Assembly (NCBI GenBank): GCA_044892525.1
Contig: CM097885.1
Span: 52,764,001-52,828,000, forward strand
DNA length: 64,000 bases
Direction: 5' to 3'
Origin: Schmidtea polychroa
Taxonomy: Eukaryota
How positions within the stretch are numbered: the stretch's first letter is position 1; every line of letters starts with the position of its first letter. The translations under genes and the position numbers were made by a program. Of this stretch, positions 13,817-25,276 are shown piece after piece. The notes under the pieces are model-generated. The model did not search any database, was not told where the DNA came from, and worked only from the letters and a program-made list of their open reading frames with translations.

Positions 13817-14442
13817 TCAACTTTGTTTATAAACCATGGCATCTTTTGGGTTGAAAATATCTGTTTTTACTCGTAAATCATCGGGACATTGTTGCGTGAA
13901 ATCAAGAAATATATACCCATGAGGTATTTTTGTTGCATCTTGAAATACACTGATAAGAAAATTACGATTGTTAGGGTATGCTTGACGTGCAAGAAAATCA
14001 ATCACTGTTGCATCTCTAGGATTCTTGAAAATAACTAAATAATGTACATTTAAATTACGTGTTCGATGTGCCCCACCTTGATGAAATAGATTTTGTGTTA
14101 TGAAAATAACTTTTACACCGACATGTCTGCTGATCTTTGTAAATAAATTATTAAAATCTTTTTCTTTATTAGCTTCTTGATACAAATCATCGATAATAAT
14201 GACATCACCTTTCTTTAATCGGCTGGACCAGTTTTATCGAATCCCTTTACTATTTTCATGTTTTTTAATTTACAGAAACTTGATTGAGTTAATCCATGTT
14301 CTTCATCAGCACCCCTATGCCAATAAATCCTGTAGAATTTTGTTTTGAATAAATTTGATTTTAGTAATTTGCAAACAAATAATGTTTTTCCACTACCACT
14401 CGGACCAACGATTTGGTATACTGCATCATTTCTTAATTCCAT
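13817..14442 (-). pseudogene. A32/FtsK-like genome-packaging ATPase (frameshift near 14,230)
   Basis: Walker A GPSGSGKT, Walker B VIIIDD, SRH...VIFITQNLF...RT..LN..Y...FKNPRD. Confidence 0.9.
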
Positions 14443-14544
14443 TTCAAAATTTTATAAATATATGTGTATTTGTTTATATTCGATGATTTAATGAACTCGT
14501 GCTCAATTTGTATATAAAGACTAATTTTCATAAATGATTTAATA

Positions 14545-14977
14545 ATGTTAGCAAATATAAATTATCGAGGAAATTTTGATGTATCGAATATGAGGTTTCC
14601 ACCAGGAAAACCCCAGGAAATTATCGATAGAAGCGGGAAATACTCGATAATATTTTTCAAGACTGGTAAATGCAGAATCATGGGATGTAATAAACCTTTG
14701 GAAATTAGTAAATTACAATATCGAATAAATTATAATCCAATCAATTACCGTTACTATGGATATGGGACATAGTATCAATCTATATAACATGTCGAAAAAA
14801 TGTGATTGTATGTTTGAACCGGAATTGTTTCCGGCACTAAGACTATTAAAATATAACCCTATATGTGTCAACGTGTTTGCTAGTGGAAAGGTTGTCATGC
14901 TGGGGTTGAGAAATTTGGAGTATAGAGAATTTGTTGACAATGTTCGAAATGAGATAATTTCATTGGTCGATTTCTAA
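14545..14977 (+). pseudogene. TATA-binding-protein-like gene carried by Polinton-1 (one frameshift near 14,730)
   Basis: Repeat 1 LANINYRGNF...IIFFKTGKCRIMGC; repeat 2 IQSITVTMD...INL...FEPELFPAL...VNVFASGKVVMLG. Compare TBP YEPELFPGL..LIFVSGKVVLTG. Confidence 0.82.
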
Positions 14978-15051
14978 TTGGTAAATTTCTAATTGGTTAT
15001 TGATTGATTTAAACAAACGGTTTTTTGTTTAGGATTCATTTATTCAACAAA

Positions 15052-15462
15052 ATGTACAAAATACCAAGCGCAGCAAATCTAATGAAAGATATTGACGACT
15101 ACGGTAAATTTAAAATTTTTATTTTCATTTTTATATTTGTTATTTTAGAAAAATATTTAGAAGTGATGCTGAATCGGATAAAATATTATTACCCGCAAAT
15201 TGCAGAAATTATCAAGGATCGCGAACCTGAGATCATTTCAGATCTGATATTCTATGCGACTCAAATTCGAATCATTGAGGTATTCCATCAATTCCTATGG
15301 GATCTGAAGATCAATAGGACAATGAAAATAATGGAGCCGGAATACCAATGCATCATCGGATGCTCATGCTGTGCCGATCGATATCGGCGATATGTTGAAT
15401 GGGAGTTAGTGAAAACTCTGAGAAGGTTTCACTACTCCCGGATTGTAGATATAGGATATTAA
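15052..15462 (+). CDS. Hypothetical Polinton protein with a Cys cluster and one intron (15,104..15,148)
   Basis: In-frame 45-nt gtaaat..ttttag intron; CIIGCSCC motif. Confidence 0.55.
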   Translation: MYKIPSAANLMKDIDDYGKFKIFIFIFIFVILEKYLEVMLNRIKYYYPQIAEIIKDREPEIISDLIFYATQIRIIEVFHQFLWDLKINRTMKIMEPEYQCIIGCSCCADRYRRYVEWELVKTLRRFHYSRIVDIGY

Positions 15463-15754
15463 TAAATGTATTTTTCTATCGTGTTTTTTTTTATATTTGA
15501 AATAGTAATAAATAATAATAGTAATAATAATATGAATAGTAATAATATAAATAGTAATAATAATAATATGACACATTAATAATAATATGAGAACAGTAAT
15601 AATAATATGTCACATTAATAATATGAACATAAATGCAGCATTAATGCAAATGACATGCAAATTTAAATAAAGACATGCTATAATCTGATTGGTTGATAGG
15701 CATGAGTCAAAGGTATAAAAACCCTGTAACATTTCAATTTAATCATTATTCACT

Positions 15755-16165
15755 ATGACCAAGAAAATTTCATGCACCGAAAAACCTAAAGAAATGGTAC
15801 AACCAGTTCAAATGTTCCACAACTACAAAATGTATTTTTTGAAAGAAGAAATCAATATGAAATTGGTTGCACCAGTCAAGCTAATTCCAACTAAATTTCA
15901 ATTCTTATCCGGCACGCTTTCAATGATAGATGTTAAAACTATTGATGATGTTTTTAAACGGATAGATTCGAATCTATCGTTTAATCAACATGCCTGGTTC
16001 AACAACAGATATGCAAGATTTTATGATGCTTTTGATGAAATCGGTTTCAAAGGAAATGAAAATTGGTATATAACAATTGCAATCCAAGGATATAAAGTTG
16101 ATAATAATGATGTATATTCTCCTATTTGGAAAATTATGTCTGCTAGACTTTCACAAATATTTTAA
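15755..16165 (+). CDS. Hypothetical Polinton protein (possible OB-fold ssDNA-binding protein)
   Basis: Intact 136-aa ORF preceded by octamer/CCAAT/TATA-like elements and followed by AATAAA. The function is a weak inference. Confidence 0.55.
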   Translation: MTKKISCTEKPKEMVQPVQMFHNYKMYFLKEEINMKLVAPVKLIPTKFQFLSGTLSMIDVKTIDDVFKRIDSNLSFNQHAWFNNRYARFYDAFDEIGFKGNENWYITIAIQGYKVDNNDVYSPIWKIMSARLSQIF

Positions 16166-16301
16166 TGTTATATTTAATAAATGTATTAGTCATATTTGTT
16201 TTTTTTTCTCTTTATTAATTGCAACATAAATGCAAATGACATGCAAATTTAACAAAGAAAATCTATAAACAAACTTATAATATAGTTTTAAAGTGTTATT
16301 A

Positions 16302-16663
16302 ATGACTACAGAAAAAGGTTAACATGATTAATTAAATACCGAATTATTTATTATTTAGAATTATTAATCAACTTTTTGTTGGAAAAATTAGCAGAAATAT
16401 CTTGTGTAAAAATTGAGGACATATTATCTGTTACAAATGCATTAAATATCGGCTGGGTAATTGAGAGTAAAGATTCAGGATTTGATGATCAGGAAGAAAC
16501 TCAAGAAACCGATACTCAAGAAATTGATGAGGAAATCTATGAACCTATAGATGAACCTATAGAGGAACCTAAAGATAATATCACGAATGATTGTATTGAT
16601 CATGTCGTTGAAAATATAATGAAATGTGGAGATGACGACTGCGAATGTGTTAATAAATTTTAG
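16302..16663 (+). CDS. Acidic hypothetical Polinton protein with one intron (16,318..16,358)
   Basis: MTTEK-[gt..ag]-ELLINFLLEKLAE... splices in frame to ORF 16376..16663. Confidence 0.55.
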
Positions 16664-16784
16664 TTAATTATTGTTTGTAAATTTATTTAAAATAACTATA
16701 TTAATTTTTATTTAAAAATCAAAATAACTAGATTAATTTTTTATTTAAAAATCTATTTAAAAAACAAAATAACTACATAAATTT

Positions 16785-17244
16785 TTATTTAAACTTCATT
16801 TTGTGCTCGTCGATTTCTTTTGCATTTCGGGCGAGTTGGTTCAATACACCCCATCCGCCATTGGCTTCTATCCATGGTGTAAACTTGGACTTGATTATCT
16901 AGAAAATAAATATTATTAAAATATAGATTATAAAAGTATTACTTCTTGAGACCACTGATAATAGTGCTCGAGTCCCATAAACTTTTTTCTATGATGATTT
17001 TCATATAAGAAAACCCTACTATTATTCGGGTCCACTTCATCTCGTCATCACATAGACAATTAAATATCCGGTGAAAATAAAACTTTTTTGTTTCTAGGCA
17101 ATCTGACTTGAGCATATCTTCGTAATCGATGTGATTCCCTTCGATAATTTTTTCTGTCCGATCGACCAAGTAACTGAGGCTTTCCATGATGTTCTTGTTG
17201 ATAACTTCGCTTAAAATATTTTCAATAAAATTCGGTTGCGACAT
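16785..17244 (-). CDS. Bcl-2-family-like protein carried by Polinton-1 (2 exons)
   Basis: Exon 1 has BH1-like LCDDEMKWTRIIVGFSY; exon 2 (16,898..16,785) has BH2-like PWIEANGGW. The intron 16,942..16,899 is GT..AG, but the donor is 1 nt out of phase. Confidence 0.72.
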
Positions 17245-17599
17245 TTCTAAAATAATTTAAAATATAATGTTTTATTTATACTAATACCGAATGATTCTAA
17301 TTGGTTGATAGACTATAAATGTAAAAGAAAAATTTTGATTTGATACACCATGAAAACTATATTCATATTGCTAATTATTATAACGAGTGTGTACTCACAC
17401 AATACTATAAATTTTATAATATTCGACTATGTTTTTAGTTAACCATGATTTGTGTTGGGACATTAATTAATTATTCAACACATTAATTTTAAAACAATAT
17501 TTAAAAACAATTAATTTGTTTAAATATTGTGTTTGTTATAAAAATAAAATTTTTTGAACACCAAAACACGTGTAACTATGAGTCTTACAAATGGTGTCA

Positions 17600-18467
17600 G
17601 AAACTCCGAAGTTGACCATGTCTCGGTCAAAATTCCGGCCATTTTTCAAAAAAAGAGTCTATGGTTCAAGCAAGTAGAGGGATTACAGAAGAGACCACAA
17701 AGTATTTTTATTTAATTTCAAATCTCCCAACAACGTTGCTAACAAAGTACGAACACTTACTGGACTCAGAAACCGAACTTCCATACACTACTCTGAAGGA
17801 AGCAATCCTAGCTGGTTTTGAACTATCAAGGACAATATCACTAACTGACCTGATGAGAGACGACTGCCTGGGAGATCGATCTCCATCAGAAGCGCTTCAG
17901 CACATTACAGGACAAATACAAAGAATAGACACATCCATGGACCCATTCAACAGTCCTACATCTCGGGAATTATTCATGCGACTACTACCAAGATCTGTTC
18001 AAGACATCCTATTATCGATGCCATCGACGGACCTTCGAAAATTAGCGATCACAGCAGACAGAATAATGATATCAAAGCGTCAATCAGTGAAGGCAATTGA
18101 ACACGAAGATTGCAACAATCAAGAAGTAGGAGACAAGACGAGAAAAATCATGGAACTGCAGGAAGAGATAAATGCAATACGACAACAATTAAACAATAAA
18201 AACACCTGTAAGTTATGTTTTTATCATAGTAAATTTGGGCATATGGCGATGAAATGTCAACCGCCATGTGAATGGAATGCAAATCAGAACGACAACTATC
18301 AATCGGGGAAGTACAACAGAGAGAAATATCAAAATTTCGAACCGTCAAACATATCCTCAAGGAACAACAACAACAATTTCAACAAAAACAGCAACTTCAA
18401 CAAAAACGGTAACTTCAACAGCAACAACCACAGAGAGAACCAGGGAAACGAGAGAAGGTTTCATTGA
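17600..18467 (+). pseudogene. gag: Gypsy gag with CHCC-type zinc knuckle
   Basis: VSVKIP..WF (frameshifted), LGDRSPS, CFYHSKFGHMAMKCQPPC. Confidence 0.88.
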
Positions 18468-18519
18468 ACCCGAACAGTGAAACCTACAAAATCATATCCT
18501 CTTTCTCGGGACAAAACAA

Positions 18520-19740
18520 CTCATAAATATTCGAAATACCAGCAATCATAAATGGAAAACAAATTGACTTTCTCATAGATACAGGCGCTGATCTCAGCAT
18601 CCTTCCCGCAAACCGTTTCAAGCCTGATAGAAATGGAGAACATCGATCTTTAGTATCCGCCAACAATTCATCAATCACATACCACGGGCAGAAAACGATT
18701 GAATTTACTATTGAAGGATTCAAAACTAAATTTATATGGTCTTTTGCTATAGCCGGCATATCTCGTCCAATTTTAGGTGCAGACTTCCTGGCCCATCACA
18801 AAATCGATGTTAGTTGTCATTCCAGATCAATATGTTGCCCTAGCAGTAACGAAAGAACAGAAGCGCGGAGAAGCCAATGTGCCAAGATCTGTGCTACAAT
18901 CAACAAAGAAACCACATTAACCACGAAATTACAAATTATCACCAATGGTTCCCCTGTAGCTCAAAGACAAAGACCACTTTTTGGAGAAAAATTAGTTGCA
19001 ACAAAGAAAGAGTTTGACAGACTCTTAAATGAAGGTGTGATTCGGCCAAGTAAGAGTGACTGGGCATCTCCATTAGTAGTGGTTAAGAAGCCGGATGGGT
19101 CATGGCGGCCTTGTTGAGACTACAGAATGTTAAATGAAATAACCCAGCCTGACAGATATCCACTTCCGAGAATTCAAGATTTACTGAACAAGATAAACAA
19201 CCCTCATGTATTCACTAAATTAGATTTGGAAAAGGCATATCATCAAATTCCGATTTGTGACGGAGACATTTCAAAGACAGCAGTCATAACACCTTTTGGA
19301 TTGTTCGAATATACGAAGATGCCTTTTGGACTTCGAAACGCATCTCAAACGTTTCAGAGACACATGGACAACGTACTCCGAGAACATCAGGAGCATTCCT
19401 TATCCTATATTGATGATGTTCTGATATTCTCCAAGACTGAAGCAGAGCATAAAGAACACGTGGCAAGGGTGATGGCCAGTCTTCAAGCCGCTGGTCTCAC
19501 AATCAACCAGAGCAAATGCGAATTCCAAACCGAAAAGGTAAACTTTTTGGGTTTTGAATTAACAAAACAAGGAATAAAACCCTCTGAAGAACGCACGTTG
19601 GCAATTAGCAATTTAAAGAAGCCAACTAACAGTCAAGATTTACGACGTCATAGAAAGATCCGATGAAGACCAAGTAAAGAATGTTAGCATCGACCGTCTC
19701 AAGCCATGGATTGGAACGGACGAATTGGCTCCGCAATCTT
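18520..19740 (+). pseudogene. pol: Gypsy pol: protease and RT; RNase H and most of the integrase deleted
   Basis: FLIDTGAD, ILGADFL, WASPLVVV, DRYPLP, LDLEKAYHQI, MPFGLRNA, YIDD, with a stop near 19,115. Jumps to the integrase tail VSIDRLKPW. Confidence 0.92.
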
Positions 19741-19911
19741 AAGGGGGAGTTGTGTTGGGGCATTAATTAATTATTCAACACAATAATTTTAAAACAATAT
19801 TTAAAAACAATTAATTTGTTTAAATATTGTGTTTGTTATAAAAATAAAATTTTTTGAACACCAAAACACGTGTAACTATGAGTCTTACAATTTGTGATAG
19901 AAATTTGAAAT

Positions 19912-19945
<34 letters not shown>

Positions 19946-19958
19946 TAATAATAATAAC

Positions 19959-20013
<55 letters not shown>

Positions 20014-20157
20014 GTAATATTTATAATAATAGTAATAATAATAGTAATAATACCATTGCGAGTTGTTGAGTGTGAGCAGTACCCTTGTGACCATTACCCA
20101 TAGGGGGAACAGAATATTTTGTCGGATAAACTCGGAGTATATATATATATATTAATA

Positions 20158-20226
<69 letters not shown>

Positions 20227-20671
20227 ATAATATTTTTACTTTATTAAAACAAATTAAGACAACATTTGCGCGCACGGATTTCCCTTTGAATTACCTTTAA
20301 AATGACCCCTTGATCAATAAAATCCAAGCAAAGGTACTCTCAAAATATTAATTTTAAGAAAATACACACACGCAATCTTTAATTAATCTATATAGCCGCC
20401 ATCTTATAAAATATGACCTTTGAAAGTATGACCATGATACTTACATCTCAAATACCTTTTGTTTGATATGTATATTATAAGGTTTTAAAATTTTTGAACC
20501 TTGAACCCTTCGAACTCACCATCAAAAGTCCTTTCGAATGATATATATATTATATGGTTTTACCAATATTTAATTTTGGACACCCTTTGAAGGTTATTGA
20601 CCCACCATATACCTTCGATGGTATAGCCATTAGATAGACCTCTCAAATACCTTTCGAATGATATATATATT

Positions 20672-21039
20672 AGTAGTGTATAAACCCCACACCTGACCAC
20701 CCCCACGCCAAAGGATTCCAGCTCCATACCCCTTGTTTATTACACTTTAGTATTAAAACAAACCTAAATTTTTACACTTTTTCATCTTTTTTGCCCTATG
20801 TTTTCAAAACATAAACCCTTTAATGCCTTATATGTTGGGAGTTTGTCGGGAGAAAAAGCTAAGAAGTGGAAAGGAAAAAAACTTAAAGGTGCGTGGGTCA
20901 GGTGTGGGGCTTATACACTACTTAAAGGTTTAAAAACCCCATAACCCCACAAATGTTGGGAGTTTGCCTCAAATGTTGGGAGTTTGCCTAGTGAATGGAA
21001 TGGCCAGCTGTGGGGTTTATACACTGCTTTATTAATAGT
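20672..21039 (+). repeat. Left terminal inverted repeat of Polinton-2
   Basis: Reverse complement of 34,730..35,117; the right copy has one extra GGCAAACTCCCAACATTTGA unit. Confidence 0.95.
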
Positions 21040-21076
21040 ATAAAGGAATCAAATCTTTTAAAAAATTTTATAAAAA

Positions 21077-22368
21077 ATGAACAATATAAATCTCAAAATT
21101 CAAAATAAAAATAAATTAAATCTTGATTACAATCAAGAATTTATACATGAAATTAAAAAAAATGATATTTTAAAAATCTCACCAACTTTAGGATCTATTA
21201 CAAACTTAAATCGTTCAGGTGATATAGTTTTTCAATCTCTTCAAACATCAAACCCTATAGATGTTTCTAATGCTAAATTATATTATAAAATTGAATTAGA
21301 AATTGAAGCAAACAAAGATATAACTCTAGAAAATAATTTCTTTCCAAATTTATTCAACAACATGAGATTAAAACTAGGATCATCAGAAATTGAAACTATT
21401 TTACATCCAGGAATATATTCTACAATGTTAAATTTTATATTAACTGGTTATGATTAAAAAATGAAAGTGGTGAGTTAACAGGTTGGATTCCTGATGTTAA
21501 TAAAGGTGATTTGGATAAAGCTGGTTTAGATATAAATTATGGTTATTATAAAAGAGTTGAACTTTATAAATCTAAAAAATTTGAAGGTTATTTTGAATTA
21601 AAACACTTATTTGGATTCCTTCAAAATTATAACCGAATACTTCATAATGTTTTTATAGAATTAATTTGTAATAGAAAAGAAGATGATAAAGTATTATTTT
21701 ATGGGGGTATAGATACAAAAGCTAAATTAAAATTATCAACATTACAATTACATATACCTGAATGGACTTTAAATCCTCAATCTGAAATAAAACTCCTTGA
21801 AAGATTAAACTCCAACAAATCTATAAGTGTAAATTATTTAAATAGAATCTGTAGTGAATTTAGTATGACAGAGGGTTCAACATATTCTATAAAGATTGCA
21901 AATTTAGCATACAGACCAAGATATATCTTGATTGGATTTAAAGAAGCAGATTCATCATTCCAAAAAAATAACAACTTGTTTATTCAAAAGATTGGAGATG
22001 ATAATTTAAAAACAATACAAATTCAATTAAATAATTCTTATTATCCAATAAATAGAATGGAATTTAATATTGAAAATAATGAAAACATATTCCCATATCT
22101 AAATTATACTGAAATGTGTTATGATTTTAAAGTTAAACCACAATTAAGTTTAGAAGATTTCAAAAATTTATATTCTATATTTTGTATAAATGTATCAGAT
22201 CAAGATGATCGCCTAGCCATAAATAATGTTGATGTTACACTTCATATAACAAAGGATTCTAATTTTAAAGCTAAAGTATATGTATTAATATTAGAAGAAA
22301 AGAAAATAGAAATGAAATTATGTAGTGGAAAGATTTCAATAATTGAAAACGTGCGAGGGTATTCATAG
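21077..22368 (+). pseudogene. Major capsid protein (hexon) of Polinton-2, frameshift near 21,455
   Basis: Two ORFs: NL..SGDIVF...LENNFFPNLF and LKHLFGFL...PRYILIGF...LNNSYYP...FKNLYSIFCINVS. A second copy lies at 49,806..50,720. Confidence 0.82.
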
Positions 22369-22397
22369 TGGGTAAAACAATATTTTAACTTTTTAAA

Positions 22398-23941
22398 ATG
22401 TCTCTAAATAAACCATATTGGAGATGTGAAATTTGTTGTTGTCAAGTTACAAGACATCATAAAGCAAGTCATCTCAAAACTAAAAAACATACATCTCGAT
22501 TAAATAATTTAAAAGGTGAAATAATTTCATCTTCAAATAATATTCCATGGTTAGATTTCAATCCTTCAAGTAGATTTGCCTTTGAGAATCAACTCTTTGA
22601 GAATCAACTCTTTGAGAATCAACTCTTTGAGGGTGGTGATCTACAATCTTCAAAAACAACATCTTCAATATTAAAACCTTTTACTACAGAAAAATATCCA
22701 GGTGAAAGACATTTATTTAAACACAACTATACTGGACCAGGAACACGTCTAGATATTAGATTAGATGAAAATAATAATCCTAAACAAGGAGAAGAACCAA
22801 TAAATAGAATTGATCAAGCAGCTTTAAAACATGATATTGCTTACAATTCAACAAATCTTAGAGATAGACACATTGCTGATGTTAATTTAATACATTATTT
22901 AAATAGTATCCAAAACCCATCAACCCAAGAAAAGATTCAAAGAGCTCTAGTTAAATTAGCAATGAAAGGTAAGATTTTCTTTGGAGCCGGAGCCACCATG
23001 GGTACAGGACTTGGACGCCCCTACCCTAGAATAGCAAAAGATGTTGCCAACAAAAAGATTATTCAACAAGCAGACACTGAGAAACACCTCTCTGAGAAAC
23101 ACCCCAAGATTGATTCTACAAATTTACAAACCCCAACAGAATCACAAATAAAATATGCCAACGAATTACACCATGAATTTAGAAAAAATAAAAAATATTT
23201 AAAAGTTCAAGTACATGAAAAAGATCAAACATGGTCTGCTGATTTAGTCTTTATGCCAACCAAATCATCAGACCCTGAAAAATATAAAATAATTTTAACA
23301 GTAATAGATTTATATACAAGATTTGCTTTTGCAAGATGTTTAGAAACCAAAACAGGATATTCAATTACAGAAGCATTTGAAAATATATTTGAAGAATATC
23401 AAAGAATTCCAAAATATTTATGGTGTGATAAAGGAACAGAATTTTATAACAAAGTTTTTACAAAGTTTTTAAATGAAAATGATATTAAATTATATTCAAC
23501 AGAAAACGAAGGAAAAGCAGTTGTAGTTGAAAGATTAAATAGAACATTAAAAAATAAAATGTGGAAATATTTTACTGCTATTGGAAAACAAAAATGGAAC
23601 AATGAATTGTTACAAAAGATTGTAAATGAATATAATAATGATGTACATAGTTCTATAAAATCAACACCTTTAAATGCTTCCTTGAATCCTTTAAAACTTA
23701 TAAATCCTGAAACTGTTAAAGTGGTAAATGAAAAACCAAAGTTTAAAATGGCAACCGAGTAAGAATATTTAAATATAAACATAAATTTGAAAAAGGATTC
23801 ACAGCAAAATGGACAAATGAAATTTTTATTATAAATAAAATACATTATACAATTCCAATAACATATAGCATTATTGATTTAAATAATGAAAAAATATTAG
23901 GCAGATTTTATAATAATGAACTACAGAAAACAGATTTCTAA
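22398..23941 (+). CDS. Zn finger - parvovirus-type phospholipase A2 - RVE integrase fusion (frameshift near 23,750 before the C-terminal tail)
   Basis: CEICC..H..HLKTKKH; HNYTGPGT..PINRIDQAALKHDIAY..RHIAD; WSADL, VIDLYTRFA, CDKGTEF, VERLNRTLK; tail FEKGFTAKWTNEIF..GRFYNNELQ. Confidence 0.88.
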
Positions 23942-23952
23942 ATCGACAACCC

Positions 23953-24735
23953 CTAAAATAAACTTTTCCATATTTCAGCCTCTTCTCTATCCAAATAAAT
24001 ATAATTATATTTTTCTTTCCAATGATTATCAACAAACATATCAAACATGTGCTTATCAGGTTCAACATTTGAAAATAAATCATTATAAATCATATTCTTA
24101 TCACGCTTATCTAATTTAAAAAATATAAAACAATTAGAATTATTTCTTATAGAGTTTTTATCTAAAGCATAATAAGTTTGAGATATATAAATAACATTAC
24201 AATTATTATGTCTCCCTCTAGTAAAATAACTCTTTTGAATCTCTTGATTTTTCATATTAACAACATCATCAAATATAACTAGATTCTTTTTATCTTTAGG
24301 AAGTAAATCACAATGTAAAACATCTTCAGGTTTATTAGAGAATAAAACTTGAATTGCCTCCTGCCCTTCTTCACAAATATAATCATTTTTATTATTAATA
24401 TCTGATTCTAAAATCTTTTCCTTATACCAATCAATCATATCACAAGGTTGAAAAACTTCATCTATGTTGATTTTTAAAAATATCAATTATGGCTTTTTAG
24501 TTAATTTATTTTCAAATCCACATTTCAAAAGTTGTAATTCTGGTTGATTTATAGTTGTAGAATAAAAGATTAAATTATTATAATCTAAAAAACCATCTTC
24601 AAGCAACATTTTCAAAAGAAGTACATTCTTACCACATCCAGAAGAACCAACAATTAATAATCTAAAATTATCAGGAAATAATTTATTATTAAATTTAGAT
24701 TTATGTCGAGTTAAAATTGGTTTCCAAATATTCAT
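23953..24735 (-). pseudogene. Packaging ATPase of Polinton-2 (frameshifted)
   Basis: LIVGSSGCGKN, LVIFDD, YFTRGRHNN..VIYISQ.Y, IRNN. Confidence 0.9.
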
Positions 24736-24750
24736 TTTATTTATTATAAA

Positions 24751-25262
24751 ATGACAACTGAAGAATCTTTACAAGAATTAATAAATTCAAATAAAAATAA
24801 ATCAGTAGTAATTGATGGTAAAAAATATTTTATTGGAAAACATGTAAAAGAACAAGTTAAAGAGAAACTCAAAGAAAACACTAAAGAAGGTGGTATTCTT
24901 CCTCTAGCGGCTTTAATACCTGCAATCATTGCAGGTTTATCAAGTGCTGCTGGAATAGCTGGAGGAATTGCAACTACAGTTCAAAAGCTAAAGAATCTCA
25001 AAAGACAGACCTAGAAAAAGAAAAGCTACAAACAGAAATTGATTCAATGAAAAAGAAGGGTAAGGGGTTATATCTCAATCCTTATAAAGGTAGAGGTTTA
25101 AATGAATTTTTAAAAAATCAAATTTCAACATCTGAATCTTTATCTTCAAAAGATAAAGATGATTTAAAAAAAATATGTAAATCATTAAAGAATGGATGTG
25201 TTTGTAAACTTAAAAATGGTAAAGGTTTATATTTAAAACCTTGGAAGGAAAATAGTATATAA
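24751..25262 (+). CDS. Basic core protein(s) with repeated GxG protease sites (two ORFs, probably one frameshifted gene)
   Basis: KEGGILPLAALIP amphipathic segment; KGKGLYL(N/K)P occurs twice. Confidence 0.6.
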
Positions 25263-25276
25263 AATGGTATATAAAA

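Larger units (their letters stand above)
17453..19889 (+). mobile_element. Ty3/Gypsy LTR retrotransposon, internally deleted, nested in Polinton-1
   Basis: 137-bp TG..CA LTRs (17,453-17,589 and 19,753-19,889, near-identical), 5-bp TSD ATTTG, PBS TGGTGTCAGAA at 17,592 and polypurine tract AAGGGGGAG at 19,741. Confidence 0.95.

Noticed and set aside
17453..17459. Shared TGTTGGG start between the short Gypsy LTR and the 5-kb elements as evidence of one family
   Set aside because: Only 7 nt are shared, TSD lengths differ (5 vs 4 bp) and I see no further similarity.
22581..22630. FENQL x3 repeat as a functional domain
   Set aside because: A perfect 15-nt tandem duplication in a linker, most likely recent slippage.
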